Shown in pieces: positions 36,463 to 46,255 of a stretch of 64,000 nucleotides of DNA (position 1 is the first letter of the stretch; each line of letters begins with the position of its first letter). Source of the stretch: Thermodesulfobacteriota bacterium (lineage in GTDB: Bacteria; Desulfobacterota_D; UBA1144; Nemesobacterales; UBA2774); the NCBI GenBank assembly GCA_965216785.1, contig OZ244197.1, forward strand, positions 480,001 through 544,000, given 5' to 3'. The notes beneath the pieces are model-generated. The model was not told the origin of the DNA and did no database searches. It worked only from the letters and a program-made list of their open reading frames with translations. A program made the position numbers and the translations under genes.

Positions 36463-37355
36463 TTTTTATCCCCTACCACCCTTACCTCTGTCTCGAGCTT
36501 TATACCCCTTTTTGACAAGGCCTCTTTCTTGGCCGTTTCTATGAGACTAAGAACATCCTGCGCGCTCGCGCCCCCGCAGTTAACTATAAAGTTCGCGTGC
36601 AGGTCAGAGAACTTAGCCCCGCCGATCCCGTAACCCTTCAGCCCTAGCTCCTCAAGCAGCCTGCCGGCCGCGATCTCGGGAGGGTTCTTAAATATTGAGC
36701 CGGTATTCGTCATAGTAATCGGCTGAGTTTCGTTTCGCTTCTCCATGTATTGTTTTACGTTTTGCTCGCTCTCCACCTTGTTTCCTTTCTTAAGCGCGAA
36801 CATGGCTTTTAGTACGACGCTCCCCTTCGGGAGGTGTGCTTTTCTGTACTCAAATTTTACATCCTTTCTCTTAAACTCAACTTCCTTCCCGTCATGCCAA
36901 ACCCAAACTGTATCTACGACGTCCTTGATCTCCCCATCGTTTGCCCCTGCGTTCATGAATACGCCTCCGCCGACCGTACCCGGTATGCCCGCGGCAAACT
37001 CAAACCCCGTGAGGCCCGCCCTAACAGTTTTATTTAGTATTGTCCCGAGTATAGCGCCGGTTTCCGCAACCACTTTGCAGTTATCGAGGATCTCGATCTT
37101 CTTAAGCTTTTTAGTGGACAGTACAGCCCCTGTTATTCCCCTGTCATAAACTATCGTATTAGAGCCTTCTCCGAGTACAATCCACTTTGTTCCAGAAGAG
37201 TGGAGTATGTCGAGCGCCTCTTTAAGCTGGGCGGCGTTAGCCGGCGTTACCAATAGATCGGCTTGTCCCCCAACACGGAGCCAGGTGTACTTATCCATAG
37301 GATATTTACTCTTAACCTCACACCCGATTTTCTCAAGCTTTGATGCGAGCGTCAC
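36459..37355 (-). CDS. murB: UDP-N-acetylenolpyruvoylglucosamine reductase
   Basis: Motifs RVGGQA, LGEGSN, GIPGTVGG..MNAGA, GSIFKNP and HANFIVN. Confidence 0.97.
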   Translation of the reverse strand: MTLASKLEKIGCEVKSKYPMDKYTWLRVGGQADLLVTPANAAQLKEALDILHSSGTKWIVLGEGSNTIVYDRGITGAVLSTKKLKKIEILDNCKVVAETGAILGTILNKTVRAGLTGFEFAAGIPGTVGGGVFMNAGANDGEIKDVVDTVWVWHDGKEVEFKRKDVKFEYRKAHLPKGSVVLKAMFALKKGNKVESEQNVKQYMEKRNETQPITMTNTGSIFKNPPEIAAGRLLEELGLKGYGIGGAKFSDLHANFIVNCGGASAQDVLSLIETAKKEALSKRGIKLETEVRVVGDKK

Positions 37356-38719
37356 TTAATCGCCTCCACTATCTCTTCCCCGTAGGTCCAGACGTTCCCG
37401 GCGCCGAGCGTCAGCACAGTGTCCCCCGATTCTATTGCTTCAAGAACAGCCCTCGCAACACTTTGGCTTCCGTTAATATAGGTAACATCCTCATGACCCG
37501 ACTCTTTAATTGCCTCAAAGAGCCTCTGAGAGCTCACCCCCTCGATCGGGTCTTCACTCGCAGCGTAAATATCCAGTAAAAATAGCTTGTCCGCCTGCAG
37601 AAGAACCTGAACGAATTCATCGAACAGCAGACTTGTACGGGAATACCTGTGGGGCTGAAACATCACGACAACCCTCCCCGCACCGGTCTCCTTTATCGCC
37701 TCTATGGTAACTTCTATTTCCCGTGGGTGATGAGCATAGTCGTCTACTACCGTTATCCCGCCCGAGCTCCCCTTAATCTCCAGCCTTCTGCCTATCCCTT
37801 TAAATTTCGACAGTCCCTCTTTCACATGCTCAAAACTCATTCCAAGCTCCATACCTACGGCAATTGCAGCAAGCGCATTCTGAGCAACATGTCTGCCGGG
37901 GGAGTGGATTTTAATATTCCCCAATACAGTATCTTCCTGCACTACAGTAAACTCGGTCTCAAAGCCGTGAATTTTTACGTCTTGAGCTCTGAGCTCGGCA
38001 TCCGGGCTAAACCCGTACGTAACTAACCTTTTCTGATAGTCCTTGGCGATGGAGCTTACCCTCGGGCAGTCCACACATAATACGGACAGGCCGTAGAACG
38101 GTATTTTATTCATAAAGGAAGTGAACGTCCCAACCAATTCCTCCATATCTTTGTAATGATCCATGTGCTCTTCATCTATGTTGGTAAGTACGGAAATTAC
38201 CGGAGATAAAAGCATAAAAGACCCGTCGCTCTCATCGGCCTCGACTACCATAAAGCTGCCTTCTCCGAGCCTGGCATTCGTGCCTAGGGTCTGAACCTTG
38301 CCTCCGACAACTATAGTCGGGTCGAGCCCCCCGTAGGAGAGCACAGATTCTATCATCGATGTAGTCGTGGTTTTTCCATGGCTCCCGGCAACTGCGATAC
38401 CGTATCGGAGCCTCATGAGCTCGGCCAGCATCTGCGCCCTCGGGATTACTGGGATGCCCAGAGAATGAGCCTCCGCCACCTCGGGGTTGTCCTGTCTCAC
38501 TGCCGAGGAAATCACAACTACATCAGTGTCACGCACGTTTTCCGCCTCGTGTCCTATATGGATGCGGGCACCGAGCCCAATGAGCCGCTTTACCGTTTCA
38601 GACTCCTTCAGATCAGACCCCGTAACCGTATAGCCCATATTGATCAGTACTTCCGCGATGCCGCTCATGCCGATACCGCCAATCCCAACAAAATGTAGAC
38701 GTTTTATCTTTCCGTACAC
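37352..38719 (-). CDS. murC: UDP-N-acetylmuramate-L-alanine ligase
   Basis: Motifs HFVGIGGIGMSG, GSHGKTTTT, EADESDGSF, DDYAHHP and FQPHRYSR. Confidence 0.98.
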   Translation of the reverse strand: MYGKIKRLHFVGIGGIGMSGIAEVLINMGYTVTGSDLKESETVKRLIGLGARIHIGHEAENVRDTDVVVISSAVRQDNPEVAEAHSLGIPVIPRAQMLAELMRLRYGIAVAGSHGKTTTTSMIESVLSYGGLDPTIVVGGKVQTLGTNARLGEGSFMVVEADESDGSFMLLSPVISVLTNIDEEHMDHYKDMEELVGTFTSFMNKIPFYGLSVLCVDCPRVSSIAKDYQKRLVTYGFSPDAELRAQDVKIHGFETEFTVVQEDTVLGNIKIHSPGRHVAQNALAAIAVGMELGMSFEHVKEGLSKFKGIGRRLEIKGSSGGITVVDDYAHHPREIEVTIEAIKETGAGRVVVMFQPHRYSRTSLLFDEFVQVLLQADKLFLLDIYAASEDPIEGVSSQRLFEAIKESGHEDVTYINGSQSVARAVLEAIESGDTVLTLGAGNVWTYGEEIVEAIK

Positions 38720-39789
38720 CAGTTCACTCCGCTAAGTTTATATATTTCGTCAACAATGTGAGGCGCGGCTCCGGGTTTTCCAAGCGCGCGCGATCTCACT
38801 GCCATTTCTTCCAGTTTGTTTTTATCCTTTAAAACTTGAAGCGCTTGAGCCAGATTTTCCGGCGTCGCCTCTTTATCTTCTATCAGTAACGCCGCCCCCG
38901 AAGCTTCTAGAGCCTTTGCATTCTCGAGCTGATGGTTATGCGTCGCATACGGAAACGGTATTAACAGCGAGGGCTTTCCAAGCGCCGTAATCTCTGCAAC
39001 GGTTCCTGCGCCGGCTCTTCCTATCACAAAATCACTCCTCGCATACGCTGTGGCCATATCGTCTATAAACGTAAGAACCTCAGCGCTGATATTGTTCTTA
39101 TTGTAGAAATCCTGAACATCCTTAAGATCATTTTCGCCTGTTTGATGAATCACATGGAGACCACTGATTCCGCTCCGGGATAGCGCTTCGGGAACCGAGC
39201 TGTTAAGCCTCTTCGCTCCCTGGCTTCCTCCGAACACAAGACATACAAACGAGCGCCCCTGCTCCTTTTCGCCTTTGTAAGTCAAAATGTCTTTTCTGAC
39301 AGGATTTCCTGTAACAACTATTTTATCTTTATCGAAAAATTTTTCACACCCTTCAAACGTGCTGAATATCTTTTTTGCAAATTTACTCAAGATGCGGTTA
39401 GTAACCCCGGGCACGGAATTCTGCTCGCAAACGGCAGTCGGCAGCCTCAATATCGAGGCTGACAGCACTACAGGACCTGACACATATCCACCTACGCCGA
39501 GTACTACATCTGGTTTGAAGCTCCGAATAACCGAAACTGACTCGACAATGCCGACAGCTGCTGAAAAAACTCCGGAAACCCTTTTAAATATTCCTTTTCC
39601 CACAATACCACCCGAACTAATATGTTTTATCTCATAACCCCTCTGAGCGACCAATTTATTTTCCAATCCGCTCCTTGTTCCCACAAATAAAACCTCATTC
39701 CCAGGGTCCCTATTTAATATCTCCTCGGCAATAGAGATTGCCGGGAACACGTGGCCCCCGGTGCCTCCGCCTGCAATTATGACCTTCAT
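38704..39789 (-). CDS. murG: Lipid II GlcNAc transferase
   Basis: Motifs GGGTGGHVFP, GGYVS, EQN, GNPVR, GGSQGA and RAGA. Confidence 0.98.
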   Translation of the reverse strand: MKVIIAGGGTGGHVFPAISIAEEILNRDPGNEVLFVGTRSGLENKLVAQRGYEIKHISSGGIVGKGIFKRVSGVFSAAVGIVESVSVIRSFKPDVVLGVGGYVSGPVVLSASILRLPTAVCEQNSVPGVTNRILSKFAKKIFSTFEGCEKFFDKDKIVVTGNPVRKDILTYKGEKEQGRSFVCLVFGGSQGAKRLNSSVPEALSRSGISGLHVIHQTGENDLKDVQDFYNKNNISAEVLTFIDDMATAYARSDFVIGRAGAGTVAEITALGKPSLLIPFPYATHNHQLENAKALEASGAALLIEDKEATPENLAQALQVLKDKNKLEEMAVRSRALGKPGAAPHIVDEIYKLSGVNWCTER

Positions 39790-40931
39790 TTTATTCCTGA
39801 TCTAGATACGTTGAGTATTATTCCTACAGCCGCAAGTGTGGTTACAAGTGAGGTGCCGCCATAGCTAATGAACGGTAGTGTGAGACCTTTAGTGGGGAAA
39901 AGTCCGACAGCGACAGCCATGTTAATACCGGCCTGAAGAGTGATCAGCATAATACAGCCAAATACTAAATAGCATCCGAAAAGATCCGGCGCCCTGAGAG
40001 ACACCCTCAAACTTCTAATCAATAGAACAGCAAATCCGATTATTACTAGCACTATGCCTATGAAGCCAAGCTCTTCACCAATTATGGAGAAAATAAAATC
40101 CGTATGCGCCTGAGGAAGGAAGAAGAGCTTCTGAGTACTGTCCCCGAGCCCGGCGCCGTAGATGCCGCCCATAGCGAAAGCGATGAACGATTGTATAGCC
40201 TGATAACCCGATCCCAGCGGGTCCTGCCAAGGGTCGAGGAACGAGGTTACCCTCTTCATCCTATAACCCTTCGTTACGACCGCGAGTACCATGAATATTA
40301 TCGAAACAAGCCCTACGGGGATCATGTACTTTAATTTCACATCGCCAATGAACATCATACCGAATAACACCACCAGCACAGTGGTTGCCGTGCCGAAATC
40401 GGGCTCTAAAAGTATTAAGACTATATACACTCCCGCAATCATTATGTGGGAGGCGAATCCGACTACGAAATTATCCAGTTTATCCCGCTTTTTTGTAAGG
40501 GAATGTGCTAGATACAGAACTAATATATACTTTGCGATTTCTGAAGGTTGGAAGGTGAATATACCTAGATCAATCCATCTCTGCGCTCCGCCCACCTGCT
40601 TTCCGATCCCAGGCACCAGGACGAGCACCAGCATCACTAGCCCCACAAGGTATGCGGGGTAGACAAGCTTTCTTAAGTGTCTGTAATCAAATAACATCAG
40701 CAAAACCATTGAGGTTAAACCCATTAAGAGATAAATGCCGTGACGCTTCAGAAAGTAGTGGGTATCCCCGTACATCTCAAGCGAATATACGGAGCTTGTG
40801 CTGTAAACCATCAGCACGCCCATCGAAGTCAGAAATAGAGCGGACAGGACAACGCCTATGTCGTAACTGTTTCCCTCAACTGTATCGAATATTTTCAACA
40901 ATTTCCTTGAATCTCCTTCCTCTGTCTTCAT
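39786..40931 (-). CDS. ftsW: SEDS peptidoglycan polymerase FtsW
   Basis: Motifs GAQRWI, QPSEIAK, EPDFG, LPQAHTDFIF and LPFISYGG. The start is uncertain (ATG 40931 or TTG 40898/40901); the 41072 extension overlaps murD. Confidence 0.95.
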   Translation of the reverse strand: MKTEEGDSRKLLKIFDTVEGNSYDIGVVLSALFLTSMGVLMVYSTSSVYSLEMYGDTHYFLKRHGIYLLMGLTSMVLLMLFDYRHLRKLVYPAYLVGLVMLVLVLVPGIGKQVGGAQRWIDLGIFTFQPSEIAKYILVLYLAHSLTKKRDKLDNFVVGFASHIMIAGVYIVLILLEPDFGTATTVLVVLFGMMFIGDVKLKYMIPVGLVSIIFMVLAVVTKGYRMKRVTSFLDPWQDPLGSGYQAIQSFIAFAMGGIYGAGLGDSTQKLFFLPQAHTDFIFSIIGEELGFIGIVLVIIGFAVLLIRSLRVSLRAPDLFGCYLVFGCIMLITLQAGINMAVAVGLFPTKGLTLPFISYGGTSLVTTLAAVGIILNVSRSGIK

Positions 40932-42213
40932 ATGATTTAAACATATCAAAACTCGAGCAAGCGGGTGAAAAAAGTACCGAGTCCCGGGGTTCCATATTAT
41001 CCAGCGCGCTTTGCACCGCACCTTTAAGTGAATCTGAAAGTATGGACCTGACACTCCCGCCAAGCTCTTCACTCATCCTTTGCCTTGCCTCTCCGATTAA
41101 TACCAGCACTTTTACCTTTTCATTGACTATGTTTTTTAGCGCATCATAGCTTACTCCCTTGTCCTTTCCGCCCGCGATCAGGATCACTGGAGCCTTTGTG
41201 CTCTCAAGCGCGCTCAGCGTAGCGCCCGGGCTCGTGGATTTAGAGTCGTTATAGAAGTAAGCCCCCCTGATCTCCCCCAGATACTCGTTTCTATGGGGAA
41301 GCGGGTCAAACTCGATTACCGCCTTTCTTATTTGCGCGGGCTCACAGCCAAGAGCGCTCGCCCCTGCTATAGCCGCCATAATATTGTCTATGTTATGGCG
41401 TCCTCTGAGCTTCATCCCGCTTAACTCATACATCTCACTGCCGTAGCGGACACAGCACCCGTTATACGATACAGCGTTTTCAGATAGAGCGTCACCGAAG
41501 GGGATTTTTGTTGCACTCACCTGGGATAAGCGTTTATTTATCTCCTCGTCATCCGACTTGTAGATAAATATGTCGTCGCTCCCCTGGTTCGCAGCGATCT
41601 TCATTTTTGACTCTATGTACTCAGTGTAGCTTTCGTGATGGTCCAGGTGGTTTGGGGAGATATTGAGAACTACCGCTATATCCGGCCTGAACTCCGATAC
41701 CCCCTGGAGCTGAAAACTGCTGAGCTCTAGCACCAATACGTCGTACTCGCTGTCTTTGCCCGCGATAGTTATTAGCGGAGTGCCTATATTCGCGCCCAGA
41801 AAAACTTTTTTTCCGCATGTTTTTAGTATCTCTGAAATCAGAGTGCAGGTAGTCGTCTTGCCGTTAGATCCGGTAACGGCAATTATGGGTTTGGTAATAA
41901 ACCTTGACGCAAGCTCCACTTCGCTTATAACCTCGATCTCTTCCTCGATAGCTCTTTTGACCTCTGGGGTCGCAAAAGGAACTCCGGGGCTCAGCACAAT
42001 AAGCTCAGGCCACAAAAAGCTCTCGACCGTGTGCCCGCCGGACTCTACCTCTATAGCCCTAGCGCCAAGCATTTCGATCTCGTTTACCAGCTTTTCAGGA
42101 GGCGACATATCGCTCACCCTGACTTGGGCGCCTCTTTCCCGCAAAAAGAGCGCAGTTTCCAAACCTGTTTTTCCAAGTCCGACAACAAGTACTTTTTTAT
42201 CTTTCAAGTCCAT
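40876..42213 (-). CDS. murD: UDP-N-acetylmuramoylalanine-D-glutamate ligase
   Basis: Motifs GLGKTG, SPGV, TGSNGKTTT, ELSSFQL, NDSKST and SPACSSFD. Confidence 0.98.
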   Translation of the reverse strand: MDLKDKKVLVVGLGKTGLETALFLRERGAQVRVSDMSPPEKLVNEIEMLGARAIEVESGGHTVESFLWPELIVLSPGVPFATPEVKRAIEEEIEVISEVELASRFITKPIIAVTGSNGKTTTCTLISEILKTCGKKVFLGANIGTPLITIAGKDSEYDVLVLELSSFQLQGVSEFRPDIAVVLNISPNHLDHHESYTEYIESKMKIAANQGSDDIFIYKSDDEEINKRLSQVSATKIPFGDALSENAVSYNGCCVRYGSEMYELSGMKLRGRHNIDNIMAAIAGASALGCEPAQIRKAVIEFDPLPHRNEYLGEIRGAYFYNDSKSTSPGATLSALESTKAPVILIAGGKDKGVSYDALKNIVNEKVKVLVLIGEARQRMSEELGGSVRSILSDSLKGAVQSALDNMEPRDSVLFSPACSSFDMFKSYEDRGRRFKEIVENIRYS

Positions 42214-42257
42214 ATTAAATCCCTGTTACTATCACAGCAATGCCATAGTCCGAAAAG

Positions 42258-43367
42258 CTATCTCAATTTAAGCGTCGAAAGCGCGCAGAGCGCCAGTACA
42301 AGCGACACAATCCAAAACCTTATTACAACTTTTGATTCAGACCACCCGCTAAGCTCGAAATGATGGTGAAGAGGGGCCATCTTAAATACCCTTTTCCCTG
42401 TGAGCTTGAATGAAATAACCTGGATTATCACTGACATCGCTTCGAGTACAAATATTCCTCCTACAATAATAAGTAGAAGCTCCTGTTTTATTATAAGCGC
42501 CACCGAGCCTATTGCCGCCCCGAGCGCGAGAGATCCCACGTCCCCCATAAATACCTCAGCCGGGTGAGAGTTGTACCACAGAAACCCAAGACACGCGCCG
42601 CCGACAGCGGCCATAAACACGGCTAGTTCCCCTGCCCCCTGAATGTTAGGTATCTGCAGGTATCTAGAAAACACCACGTTCCCGGCAAGATAAGCGAAAA
42701 TAATATATGTAGCCGCCGCGACAGCTATAGAGCCTATCGCGAGACCGTCCAAGCCGTCGGTCAGGTTGACGCCGTTTGACGCGCCCACTACTACTATTAA
42801 TGCGAAGACTACATAGAGCCAGCCCATGTGAATCACAGCCTGTTTGAAGAACGGCAATACAACAGAAGTAAACGGCAGGTTCTGAACCTTCTCCGCGCTC
42901 ACAGCCATAGAGAAGCCATTCATGTAGCTTACGACCAGAAGTACGAAAAGGAAGCCGAACACAAGCTGGAGCGATAATTTTAAGCGTCCGCTCATTCCCT
43001 TTCCTTTGGAAAATTTTAGCCAGTCGTCTATAAATCCGATAAGAGCGTAGCTAAGCGTGAACAGAAGAACGTACCAGATTACGAGACTTGTAAGATTAAC
43101 CCAGAGTAATGTTGATACTAATACCGCCACCACTATAAAGGCCCCGCCCATCGTGGGAGTACCGGCTTTCGAATGGTGGCTTTCAGGGCCGTCGTCCCTT
43201 ATGCTTTCTTTAAACTGTCTCTTTTGTAGAAACCTTATAAATACCCCGCCCAAAATTATGCTTATAAGAAACGCCGTTACACCAGCCCCTAGCGAGCGGA
43301 AAGTAATGTATTTAAACACATTGAAGAGAATAAAGTCTCCTTTATATAGATAAAGAAGATGTAACAT
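42258..43367 (-). CDS. mraY: Phospho-MurNAc-pentapeptide transferase
   Basis: Motifs KAGTPTMGG, GFIDD, NLTDGLDGL, FMGDVGS and MAPLHHHFE. Confidence 0.98.
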   Translation of the reverse strand: MLHLLYLYKGDFILFNVFKYITFRSLGAGVTAFLISIILGGVFIRFLQKRQFKESIRDDGPESHHSKAGTPTMGGAFIVVAVLVSTLLWVNLTSLVIWYVLLFTLSYALIGFIDDWLKFSKGKGMSGRLKLSLQLVFGFLFVLLVVSYMNGFSMAVSAEKVQNLPFTSVVLPFFKQAVIHMGWLYVVFALIVVVGASNGVNLTDGLDGLAIGSIAVAAATYIIFAYLAGNVVFSRYLQIPNIQGAGELAVFMAAVGGACLGFLWYNSHPAEVFMGDVGSLALGAAIGSVALIIKQELLLIIVGGIFVLEAMSVIIQVISFKLTGKRVFKMAPLHHHFELSGWSESKVVIRFWIVSLVLALCALSTLKLR

Positions 43368-43381
43368 CCAGTAAGCGCTCC

Positions 43382-44743
43382 TTAACTCAATTTTTTAATT
43401 ACTTCTTCCATCCGCATGCCGCGCGATCCCTTAACCAACACCAAATCGCCCTCGCACGCATAACTTGTAAGAGCAGACGCTGCTTCTTCGTGAGTGGCCG
43501 CGTGTACGCCCTCGGTCCCGTTTGAAAGCGAGTCCAGCACGGCGGCTCCGAAATTACCGTATGTGATTACGTAATCTACTCCTGCTGAAGATAGGTACTC
43601 CCCTATCCCTTTGTGCTCGGACAGAGCGGCTTCGCCAAGCTCAAGCATATCACCTACTACTGCTACCGCTCGACCGCCGCCTTTCAGGCGCATTAGCTCA
43701 TCTATAGCCTTTCTCATGGAGTCGGGATTTGCATTGTAAGCGTCATTTATGACCTTAAAACCCTGCGGCACGTCGCTCACCTCGAGCCTCTGTTGCACGG
43801 GCCTGAACTTCTCGAGGCCCTCTCTAATCTCATCAGCCATGCATCCAAGCCCATAGGCAATCCCCGCTGCGCACAGAGCGTTCATAACGTTGTGAACTCC
43901 GATGGTGTGAAGTGTGACGGGAAATCCCTCACCCGCGATGCTCATATAGAATTTAATTCCGGTGAAGCCCTTTTCCTCTATCGAGTCTCCCGTGATAAAT
44001 GAGCCTTTGGACTCTATACCGTATGTAATTTTTCGGCAGTCCGCTTCATCGGCTATATGCTGCACCCTATCATCATCTGCGTTCACGACAAATACACTGT
44101 TCTTACCAAACCCCTCGACTATCTCCGCCTTTGCTTTAGCCACCCCTTCTATACCGCCGAGTTTTTCCAGGTGAGCCCTACCAATATTTGTTATGGCCCC
44201 CACATCAGGCCGCGCGATCTGAGACAGCCTACTTATCTCACCGAACTCGTTCATACCAAGCTCGACTACAGCCATCTCATAACTATCGTCAAGTTCAAGA
44301 AGCGTCAGCGGAAGTCCGATAAGATTATTAAAATTACCCGTATTCTTAAGAGTTCTATAATTTTGCGACACTATACTCCATGTCATTTCTTTCGTGGTAG
44401 TTTTTCCGTTTGAGCCCGTAATTGCGGCAAGCTCTATATCGCTCAACGAGCTTCTCCAATTCATGGCAAGGTCACCGAGCGCTCCTAGGGTAGATCCGAC
44501 CTGCACCAGTCTTGCGTTTTGTATTAAGTTCTCCGGGACCCTCTCCACAACCGCGGCTGACGCACCTTTTTGGAAAGCCTCTTCGATAAATTTGTGCCCG
44601 TCAAAGTTCTCACCCCTAAGGGCAAAAAACACATCACCCGGGCTTATAGTCCTGGAATCGGTTGAAACGCCCTTTACTGATCCCGCGTCCTCGCCAGAGA
44701 CAAGCTTGCCCTTTGTTGCTTTGAGTAAAAAGCTAAGCTCCAA
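43382..44743 (-). CDS. murF: UDP-MurNAc-tripeptide-D-Ala-D-Ala ligase
   Basis: Motifs TDSR, ITGSNGKTTTKEM, NFNNLIGLP, DAYNANPDSM and KGSRG. Confidence 0.98.
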   Translation of the reverse strand: MELSFLLKATKGKLVSGEDAGSVKGVSTDSRTISPGDVFFALRGENFDGHKFIEEAFQKGASAAVVERVPENLIQNARLVQVGSTLGALGDLAMNWRSSLSDIELAAITGSNGKTTTKEMTWSIVSQNYRTLKNTGNFNNLIGLPLTLLELDDSYEMAVVELGMNEFGEISRLSQIARPDVGAITNIGRAHLEKLGGIEGVAKAKAEIVEGFGKNSVFVVNADDDRVQHIADEADCRKITYGIESKGSFITGDSIEEKGFTGIKFYMSIAGEGFPVTLHTIGVHNVMNALCAAGIAYGLGCMADEIREGLEKFRPVQQRLEVSDVPQGFKVINDAYNANPDSMRKAIDELMRLKGGGRAVAVVGDMLELGEAALSEHKGIGEYLSSAGVDYVITYGNFGAAVLDSLSNGTEGVHAATHEEAASALTSYACEGDLVLVKGSRGMRMEEVIKKLS

Positions 44744-44764
44744 AACTACCTCCGTAATTACAAT

Positions 44765-46255
44765 CTAATTAGCTCGATCCCTTAGCGCATCGCCCGCGAT
44801 AATCCTGTCGTCAAAGGGATATTTTTTCGTTCCTAAAATCTGATAATCCTCGTGCCCCTTTCCGGCAATGAGCACGGTGTCACCTTTCCGTGCAACGCTA
44901 ATCGCACGAAGGATCGCCTCTTTTCTATCCGAAACCCTGAAGTAAGGTTTCTCTCTACCTGCGCCTTCAAGCACTCCCTCTTCAATATCGTCTATTATCT
45001 TTTCCGGAGATTCGGTACGGGGGTTATCGGATGTCACTAATAGAATGTCTGAAAGCTCTTTACCAATCAATCCCATTTTAGGACGTTTTGTTCTGTCTCT
45101 GTCACCGCCGCAGCCGAATACCAGTATAAGATTTCCCGAGGTCAGAGGTCTTGCCGCCCTGAGCACGTTTTCAAGCGCATCAGGCGTGTGCGCATAGTCT
45201 ACCAGCACTTTTATTCCCAGCGTGTTTTCCAGGCTCTCCAAACGCCCCGGTATCACTTCCGCACCCGATAGCCCTTTCTCGATGCTATCTATAGAGGTGC
45301 CAAGGGATATGGCCGTAGCTGTAGCCGCGAGTAAATTTGAGAGGTTGTGGGCCCCGTATAGCTTAGAATTAATATTCAGCGTGCCGGCAGGTGTTTTCAC
45401 CCGGGCGGAAATACCTCTTTCTGTAATCTCCGAGCTCTCGGCATACACTGAAGCGCTTTGGTCGTCGGCAGAATACGTTACCACTTCTCCCGCTGCGTCT
45501 TTTATTATGTCATCCCCGTATGGATCATCAAGATTTATTATGGAGAACTTTCTTTCCTTCTCGCTTGCTTTCAGAATATCCGTAAATAGAGCCTTCTTTG
45601 AATTTAAATAGTTCTCGATGGTCCCATGATAGTCCAAGTGGTCCTGGGTCAGATTAGTGAATACGGCTGCATCAAAATGGCACCCCAGAACTCTTTTTTT
45701 ATCAAGAGCGTGCGAAGAGACTTCCATCGCCGCAATCTCTACTCCTGAATCTCTCATTTCTCTAAACATCCTCATTAAATCCAAAGACTCGGGCGTTGTC
45801 ATAAGCGATTCCGTTTTATTTTCGCCGTAGCGGTAATCAATGGTACCCAAAACCGCAGAGTTAAGCCTGTCTTGTCTCCATATGGACTCGAGCAGATAAG
45901 TAATGGTAGTTTTTCCGTTTGTGCCGGTAATTCCAACAAGCGAGAGCTCTTTTGTGGGGTGAGCGTAGAAATTAGCCGAAACACCCGCAAGCGCCGCTCT
46001 TGAGTCCGGAACCTCTATTACTGTCACTCCCTTATATACCGATTCGGGAGCCCTTTCGACCATTAGTGCCGAAGCGCCGTTTGCAACAGCGGATTCTATG
46101 TACTTATGGCCGTCTGTCTTCTCACCAATTAGTGCGACAAATAAAAATTCTTTCTCTACTTTATTCGAATCAATTGATATACCGCTAATATTTATTTCGC
46201 CCGTGCCTGTGCGTTTAGTTACCTGGATTCTTTCTAATAAATCACTCAGAATCAT
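44765..46255 (-). CDS. murE: UDP-MurNAc-dipeptide-meso-DAP ligase
   Basis: Motifs GITGTNGKTT, MEVSSHAL, DYAHTPD and AGKGHE; DNPR indicates DAP specificity. Confidence 0.98.
   Translation of the reverse strand: MILSDLLERIQVTKRTGTGEINISGISIDSNKVEKEFLFVALIGEKTDGHKYIESAVANGASALMVERAPESVYKGVTVIEVPDSRAALAGVSANFYAHPTKELSLVGITGTNGKTTITYLLESIWRQDRLNSAVLGTIDYRYGENKTESLMTTPESLDLMRMFREMRDSGVEIAAMEVSSHALDKKRVLGCHFDAAVFTNLTQDHLDYHGTIENYLNSKKALFTDILKASEKERKFSIINLDDPYGDDIIKDAAGEVVTYSADDQSASVYAESSEITERGISARVKTPAGTLNINSKLYGAHNLSNLLAATATAISLGTSIDSIEKGLSGAEVIPGRLESLENTLGIKVLVDYAHTPDALENVLRAARPLTSGNLILVFGCGGDRDRTKRPKMGLIGKELSDILLVTSDNPRTESPEKIIDDIEEGVLEGAGREKPYFRVSDRKEAILRAISVARKGDTVLIAGKGHEDYQILGTKKYPFDDRIIAGDALRDRAN

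Noticed and set aside
40932-41072. Long N-terminal extension of FtsW given by the ORF track (also the extensions for rsmH, the ABC transporter, DUF3298 and prohibitin)
   Set aside because: The extensions overlap upstream genes or lack an SD, and downstream starts give family-typical lengths.
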